Positions 23,841 to 30,405 of a stretch of 30,405 nucleotides of DNA are shown in pieces. The position numbers were made by a program, and so were the translations under genes. The DNA lies in the NCBI RefSeq assembly GCF_000372725.1, contig NW_005201191.1:154745-185149 (forward strand), read 5' to 3'. Numbering within the stretch: the stretch's first letter is position 1; each line of letters starts with the position of its first letter. Source of the stretch: Emiliania huxleyi CCMP1516. Its lineage: Eukaryota. A model generated the notes under the pieces. That model saw only the letters and a program-made list of their open reading frames with translations. It was not told where the DNA came from and did not search any database.

Positions 23841-24668
23841 GTGAGCTGGCCCTCATGCCCGCGCTGCTGCGCTTGCCACCCGGGACACACTTGCACGCTG
23901 CCGGCACTCCCCTCGCCGCCGCCACCGCCACCGCCACTCCACCATCGCACAGTCCACCCCCACCNNNNNNNNNNNNNNNNNNNNNNNNNNNNNNNNNNNN
24001 NNNNNNNNNNNNNNNNNNNNNNNNNNNNNNNNNNNNNNNNNNNNNNNNNNNNNNNNNNNNNNNNNNNNNNNNNNNNNNNNNNNNNNNNNNNNNNNNNNNN
24101 NNNNNNNNNNNNNNNNNNNNNNNNNNNNNNNNNNNNNNNNNNNNNNNNNNNNNNNNNNNNNNNNNNNNNNNNNNNNNNNNNNNNNNNNNNNNNNNNNNNN
24201 NNNNNNNNNNNNNNNNNNNNNNNNNNNNNNNNNNNNNNNNNNNNNNNNNNNNNNNNNNNNNNNNNNNNNNNNNNNNNNNNNNNNNNNNNNNNNNNNNNNN
24301 NNNNNNNNNNNNNNNNNNNNNNNNNNNNNNNNNNNNNNNNNNNNNNNNNNNNNNNNNNNNNNNNNNNNNNNNNNNNNNNNNNNNNNNNNNNNNNNNNNNN
24401 NNNNNNNNNNNNNNNNNNNNNNNNNNNNNNNNNNNNNNNNNNNNNNNNNNNNNNNNNNNNNNNNNNNNNNNNNNNNNNNNNNNNNNNNNNNNNNNNNNNN
24501 NNNNNNNNNNNNNNNNNNNNNNNNNNNNNNNNNNNNNNNNNNNNNNNNNNNNNNNNNNNNNNNNNNNNNNNNNNNNNNNNNNNNNNNNNNNNNNNNNNNN
24601 NNNNNNNNNNNNNNNNNNNNNNNNNNNNNNNNNNNNNNNNNNNNNNNNNNNNNNNNNNNNNNNNNNNN

Positions 24669-26734
24669 CTACTCGAGCCTCGTCTCGTGTGCCGCCTCGT
24701 GGGGCGGCGTGGCGTGGCGGGCGGCTGTCTCTGCCACCGCCTCGAGTGAGCCTCGTCTCACTCTTCGTCTACTCGAGCCTCGTCTCGTGTGCCGCCTCGT
24801 GGGCGGCGTGGCGGGCGGCTGTCTCTGCCGCCGCCTCGAGTGAGCCTCGTCTCGCTCTTCGTCTACTCGAGCCTCGTCTCGTGTGCCGCTTCTTGGGCGG
24901 CGTGGCGTGGCGGGCGGCTGTCTCTGCTGCCGCCTCGAGTGAGCCTCGTCTCGCTCTTCGTCTACTCGAGCCTCGTCTCGTGTGCCGCCTTGTGGGCGGC
25001 GTGGCGGGCGGCTGTCTCTGCCGCCGCCTCGAGTGAGTCTCGTCTCGTGTGCCGCCTCGTGGGCGGCGTGGCGTGGCGGGCGGCTGTCTCTGCCGTTGCC
25101 TCGAGTGAGCCTCGTCTCGCTCATGGTCTACTCGAGCCTCGTCTCGTGTGCCGCCTCGTGGGGCGGCGTGGCGTGGCGGGCGGCTGTCTCTGCCACCGCC
25201 TCGAGTGAGCCTCGTCTCACTCTTCGTCTACTCGAGCCTCGTCTCGTGTGCCGCCTCGTGGGCGGCGTGGCGGGCGGCTGTCTCTGCCGCCGCCTCGAGT
25301 GAGCCTCGTCTCGCTCTTCGTCTACTCGAGCCTCGTCTCGTGTGCCGCTTCTTGGGCGGCGTGGCGTGGCGGGCGGCTGTCTCTGCTGCCGCCTCGAGTG
25401 AGCCTCGTCTCGCTCTTCGTCTACTCGAGCCTCGTCTCGTGTGCCGCCTCGTGGGCGGCGTGGCGTGGCGGGCGGCTGTCGCTGCTGCCGCCTCGAGTGA
25501 GCCTCGTCTCGCTCTTCGTCTACTCGAGCCTCGCCTCGTGTGCCGCCTCGTGGGCGGCGTGGCGTGGCGGGCGGCTGTCTCTGCCACCGCCTCGAGTGAG
25601 TCTCGTCTCGCTCTTCGTCTACTCGAGCCTCGTCTCGTGTGCCGCCTCGTGGGCGGCGTGGCGGGCGGCTGTCTCTGCCGCCGCCTCGTGTGAGCCTCGT
25701 CTCGCTCTTCGTCTACTCGAGCCTCGTCTCGTGTGCCGCCTCGTGGGCGGCGTGGCGGGCGGCTGTCGCTGCCGCCGCCTCGAGTGAGCCTCGTCTCGCT
25801 CTTCGTCTACTCGAGCCTCGTCTCGTGTGCCGCCTCTTGGGCGGCGTGGCGGGCGGCCGTCTCTGTCGCGGCCTCGAGTGAGCCTCGTCTCGCTCTTCGT
25901 CTACTCGAGCCTCGCCTCGTGTGCCGCCTCTTGGGCGGCGTGGCGGGCGGCTGTCTCTGCCGCCGCCTCGTGTGAGCCTCGTCTCGCTCTTCGTCTACTC
26001 GAGCCTCGTCTCGTGTGCCGCCTCGTGGGGCGGCGTGGCGTGGCGGGCGGCTGTCTCTGCCGCCGCCTCGAGTGAGCCTCGTCTCGCTCTTCGTCTACTC
26101 GAGCCTCGTCTCGTGTGCCGCCTCTTGGGCGGCGTGGCGGGCGGCTGTCTCTGCCGCCGCCTCGTGTGAGCCTCGTCTCCCTCTTCGTCTACTCGAGCCT
26201 CGTCTCGTGTGCCGCCTCGTGGGGCGGCGTGGCGTGGCGGGCGGCTGTCTCTGCCGCCGCCTCGAGTGAGCCTCGTCTCGCTCTTCGTCTACTCGAGCCT
26301 CGTCTCGTGTGCCGCCTCTTGGGCGGCGTGGCGTGGCGGGCGGCTGTCTCTGCCGCCGCCTCGTGTGAGCCTCGTCTCGCTCTTCGTCTACTCGAGCCTC
26401 GTCTCGTGTGCCGCCTCTTGGGCGGCGTGGCGGGCGGCCGTCTCTGCCGCCGCCTCGAGTGAGCCTCGTCTCGCTCTTCGTCTACTCGAGCCTCGTCTCG
26501 TGTGCCGCCTCGTGGGGCGGCGTGGCGTGGCGGGCGGCTGTCTCTGCCGCCGCCTCGTGTGAGCCTCGTCTCGCTCTTCGTCTACTCGAGCCTCGCCTCG
26601 TGTGCCGCCTCGTGGGGCGGCGTGGCGTGGCGGGCGGCTGTCTCTGCCTCCGCCTCGAGTGAGCCTCGTCTCGCTCTTCGTCTACTCGAGCCTCGTCTGG
26701 TGTGCCGCCTCTTGGGCGGCGTGGCGGGCGGCTG
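24669..26734. repeat. GC-rich tandem satellite, 94-100 bp unit, about 21 copies, bounded by gaps
   Basis: Unit ctactcgagcctcgtctcgtgtgccgcctcgtgggcggcgtggc(gtggc)gggcggctgtctctgccgccgcctcgagtgagcctcgtctcgctcttcgt. Confidence 0.95.
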
Positions 26735-26834
26735 NNNNNNNNNNNNNNNNNNNNNNNNNNNNNNNNNNNNNNNNNNNNNNNNNNNNNNNNNNNNNNNNNN
26801 NNNNNNNNNNNNNNNNNNNNNNNNNNNNNNNNNN

Positions 26835-29800
26835 GCAGCAGCAACCCTGCGCCCGGGCTGGAGCGTCGAGCAGCGCACGACCTCGTCGGAGCGCACGTAC
26901 TCCATCTACCACAGCCCAGCGGGGCTGCGCTCCGCCTCGCTGGCCGACGCGTGGCGCAAGCACGACGCGGAGGCCGAGGCGGAGGCGCTGACGCTAAACT
27001 GGCTGGATCGGCTGCCGCCCCGCCGGCTCAAGCCGATCTGCGAGGAGAAGGGGCTGCCGGTGTCCGGCAACTCGGAGGCGCTGGCGAGGCGGCTGCGCGA
27101 GAGCGGCGGTCTGAGCGTGTCGCAGCTCAAGGCGCTGTGCGAGGCGGAGGGCCTCGTCAAGCAGGGCACCAAGGCGGAGCTCGCCCGGCGTTTGCTCGAC
27201 AAGCAGTGTGCGGGCGCGGCGGAGCCGGCGGCGGGCAAGACCGCGACGCGCGGCAAGGGCACAAAGCGGCCGGCAGAGGCAGAGGGGCTGCGGCTGCACC
27301 TCACCAGCGAGAGCAGCGAGGGGGGGGAGGCGGCGCCGCCGGTGGCCGAAGAGGCAGAGGGGCTGGGTCTACACCTCTCCAGTAGCAACAGAACCGGCTA
27401 CAGAGGCGTGTGGGAGCATCACTCTGGCCGCTTCGTGGCGCGGCACGTGGTGGACGGGAGGTACTGCAGCCTCGGCAGCTTCGACACGGCGGTGGAGGCG
27501 GCGGCGGCGTACGCGCGGGCGGTCGGCGAATATCAGCTTCCGACAGTGGCGGCGGAGGCGGAGGGCTTGCGGCTGCATCTCTCTAGCAGCGGCGTTACCG
27601 GCTACAAGGGGGTAACCAAGAGCACCGCGCAGGCTGGCCGCTTCGAGGCATCGCACTGGGTGGACGGGAGGCGGGTCTACGTCGGCTCCTTCGACACGGC
27701 GGTGGAGGCGGCGGTGGCGTACGCGCGGGCGGTCGCGGAGGCGCCGGANNNNNNNNNNNNNNNNNNNNNNNNNNNNNNNNNNNNNNNNNNNNNNNNNNNN
27801 NNNNNNNNNNNNNNNNNNNNNNNNNNNNNNNNNNNNNNNNNNNNNNNNNNNNNNNNNNNNNNNNNNNNNNNNNNNNNNNNNNNNNNNNNNNNNNNNNNNN
27901 NNNNNNNNNNNNNNNNNNNNNNNNNNNNNNNNNNNNNNNNNNNNNNNNNNNNNNNNNNNNNNNNNNNNNNNNNNNNNNNNNNNNNNNNNNNNNNNNNNNN
28001 NNNNNNNNNNNNNNNNNNNNNNNNNNNNNNNNNNNNNNNNNNNNNNNNNNNNNNNNNNNNNNNNNNNNNNNNNNNNNNNNNNNNNNNNNNNNNNNNNNNN
28101 NNNNNNNNNNNNNNNNNNNNNNNNNNNNNNNNNNNNNNNNNNNNNNNNNNNNNNNNNNNNNNNNNNNNNNNNNNNNNNNNNNNNNNNNNNNNNNNNNNNN
28201 NNNNNNNNNNNNNNNNNNNNNNNNNNNNNNNNNNNNNNNNNNNNNNNNNNNNNNNNNNNNNNNNNNNNNNNNNNNNNNNNNNNNNNNNNNNNNNNNNNNN
28301 NNNNNNNNNNNNNNNNNNNNNNNNNNNNNNNNNNNNNNNNNNNNNNNNNNNNNNNNNNNNNNNNNNNNNNNNNNNNNNNNNNNNNNNNNNNNNNNNNNNN
28401 NNNNNNNNNNNNNNNNNNNNNNNNNNNNNNNNNNNNNNNNNNNNNNNNNNNNNNNNNNNNNNNNNNNNNNNNNNNNNNNNNNNNNNNNNNNNNNNNNNNN
28501 NNNNNNNNNNNNNNNNNNNNNNNNNNNNGGAGGAGGAGGGGGAGGAGGGGGCAGAGCCGGCGTCGGTGGTCGAGGAGGCAGAGGGGCTGCGTTTGCACCT
28601 CTCCAACAGCAACAGCACCGGATACAGAGGCGTGCAGATGCAGAGGGGCCGTTTCAACGCGCGGCACATGCTGGACGGAACGTGTCTATACTTGGGCAGC
28701 TTCGGCACGGCGGTGGAGGCGGCGGTGGCGTACGCGCGGGCGGTCGGGCAGGGAGGAGCGGAGGAGGGCGAGGGTGAGGGCGAGGGAAAGGAGGGGGAGG
28801 AGGAGGAGGAGATGAAGGAGGCCGAGGAGGGGGAGGGCCTCTCTTGGCTCGAGCCCCTCGGGACGCGACCCCTCAAGGCGATGTGCAAGGCTCGCTGGGC
28901 CGCTTCCTGCTACGGCTTCGGCCGAGGTACCCTTCCCTTGAACCTCCTCGGCCCTTCCCGCAGGCGATGGGCCTCTCCTACTACGGCTTCGCCGATGACG
29001 CGACCGCGATCGCCGACCTGCTCCGCGGCCGGGGCGGCCCCACCCACCCGGCGCTGCGGGAGGCTTGCCGGGCGGCGGGCTTGCGCGTGAGCGGCACGGT
29101 TGCGGAGCTGGAGGCGAGGCTGGAGGAGTCCGTCGGTCTGGGCGGCGGCGAGGGGGAGGCGGAGAAGGGGGGGGGTGGCGTGGAGTGTGGCGCTGGCGGC
29201 GACGGCGGCGATGGAGGCGGCGATGGAGGCGGCCCTGGGGTAGGGCCGGGCGGGCGACGCCACTGCCTTGTGTGCCGCCGAGTCGGGCGGCGCCACTGCT
29301 CCATTCATAGGGAGGCACCCGACCCGCTGGCTCGGCCGGCTGCAGCTGCAGCGGTGACACCAGGATTGCGCCAAGAACGACAACAGGGATTGCGCGGGAG
29401 GCCAATGTCGGTAGCAGGAACATCGCTGTTGTGGGTTAACCAGCACACGGCGCAAGAGGCGGCGCCGCTCGAGCTGGCGTGCACTGGGTGCAAGGCTGCG
29501 CACCGGACGATTCACACTTGCCGGGTACGTTTGGAGAGATCCCCAGCGATGTACCGCCTCAACACCCTTTGACATCGATTGATTGCCACAGGTGGTGATG
29601 GGCCACACTGGCCCGAACTGGATCGAGGGCGCCATGGAGGAGGGCGAGGGCGAGGGCGAGGGCGAGAACGAGTCGACCGACGCGCCCGCGCCGAAGCGAC
29701 GCTCTAGCCACGCCGCCGCCGTCGCACTCTCGGCAGCCTCTTCTACCACCCCTCCCGCCGCCTCCTCCTCTTCCTCCTCCGCCGCTACCGCCGCCGCCGC

Positions 29801-30405
29801 ACCCACCGCACCCACAGAAGAGGAGGAAGAGGAGGGCGAGGAGGAGGGGGCTGGGGAGGAGGCGGCGGCGCCGGCGGCAGGACCGGAGCCCGCGCTAAAC
29901 CCCGACGAGATTGTGACGGCGATCGTCTGCGACGGCTGCGACGGCGACTTCGAGCTGCCGCCGGGCGTGCCTGTTCCAGACGGCGAGTGGTATTGCGCGG
30001 CGTGCTGTGTTGGCGAGCGGGAAGGGGCACCGAAACCGGTGCAGGCGGTGGCGGAGGGGCTTCAACTGCACTTGTCTAGCAGCAGCCGGACGGGCTACAC
30101 GGGCGTGTCGATCCATCGCGCCTCTCGCCGCTTCCATGCGTTTCGCAGAGAGGGTTGCAAGAGCGTCTACATCGGCACCTACTGCACGGCAGTGGAGGCG
30201 GCGGTGGCCTACGCGAGGGCGGCCGAGCAGGCGGGGGCAGGATTCGCCGAGCCGGCGGAGCTGCCGTCGTCGTCTGTGGATTCGCCGAGGGCGGCCGAGC
30301 AGGTGCGGGCAGGATTCGCCGAGGCTCCGTCAGTGGCTGCGTCAGTGGCACAAGAGGCAGAGGGGCTGCGCCTGCACCTCTCGAGCACCAACAGCACCGG
30401 CTACA
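26835..30405 (+). CDS. Large multidomain DNA/chromatin-binding protein: MBD-like, SAP, several AP2/ERF-like repeats, Cys/His motifs, PHD-like finger (both ends incomplete, internal gap)
   Basis: PGWSVEQRTTSSERTYSIYHSPAGLRSASLADA (MBD-like). LKPICEEKGLPVSGNSEALARRL and LSVSQLKALCEAEGLVKQGTKAELARRL (SAP). At least 4 complete copies of AEGL.LHLS....TGY.GV...RF.A.......LGSFDTAVEAA.AYARA (AP2-like). IVCDGCD...VPDGEWYCAAC (PHD-like). Introns 28890-28963 and 29525-29591. Confidence 0.85.

Noticed and set aside
24669..26734. CRISPR-like array or repeat-protein ORFs
   Set aside because: Units are contiguous near-identical repeats with no unique spacers, no cas genes are present, and unit lengths of 94/99/100 do not preserve frame.

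Overview
A GC-rich, intron-containing eukaryotic window with four N gaps. GC-AG introns, 10-11 bp intronic tandem repeats and 'AEGLRLHLS'-type AP2 repeats suggest a haptophyte such as Emiliania/Gephyrocapsa huxleyi (inference, not a database result). Genes, in order: the end of an RCC1-repeat gene, F-actin capping protein beta, an Alba/Rpp25-like protein, an AlkB-family 2OG-Fe(II) oxygenase, two paralogous tail-anchored flavodoxin-like proteins flanking a frameshifted F-box/LRR gene, an XRN2-like exoribonuclease, an ankyrin-TM-coiled-coil-IRAK/Pelle-type kinase, a nucleoside hydrolase, an R/S-rich exon, and a large MBD/SAP/AP2/PHD-like protein that runs off the window. Mobile DNA: three 5'-truncated copies of one T-tailed retroelement with TSDs (two in the same target) and a TIR element with subterminal repeats. 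Two observations stand out. (1) The kinase carries a C-terminal HEPN-like helical domain, giving an RNase L/IRE1-like architecture. (2) Many ~70-76 nt introns in several genes begin with a copy of the following exon's first 8-30 nt, which points to intron gain by local tandem duplication. All gene models were spliced by eye.
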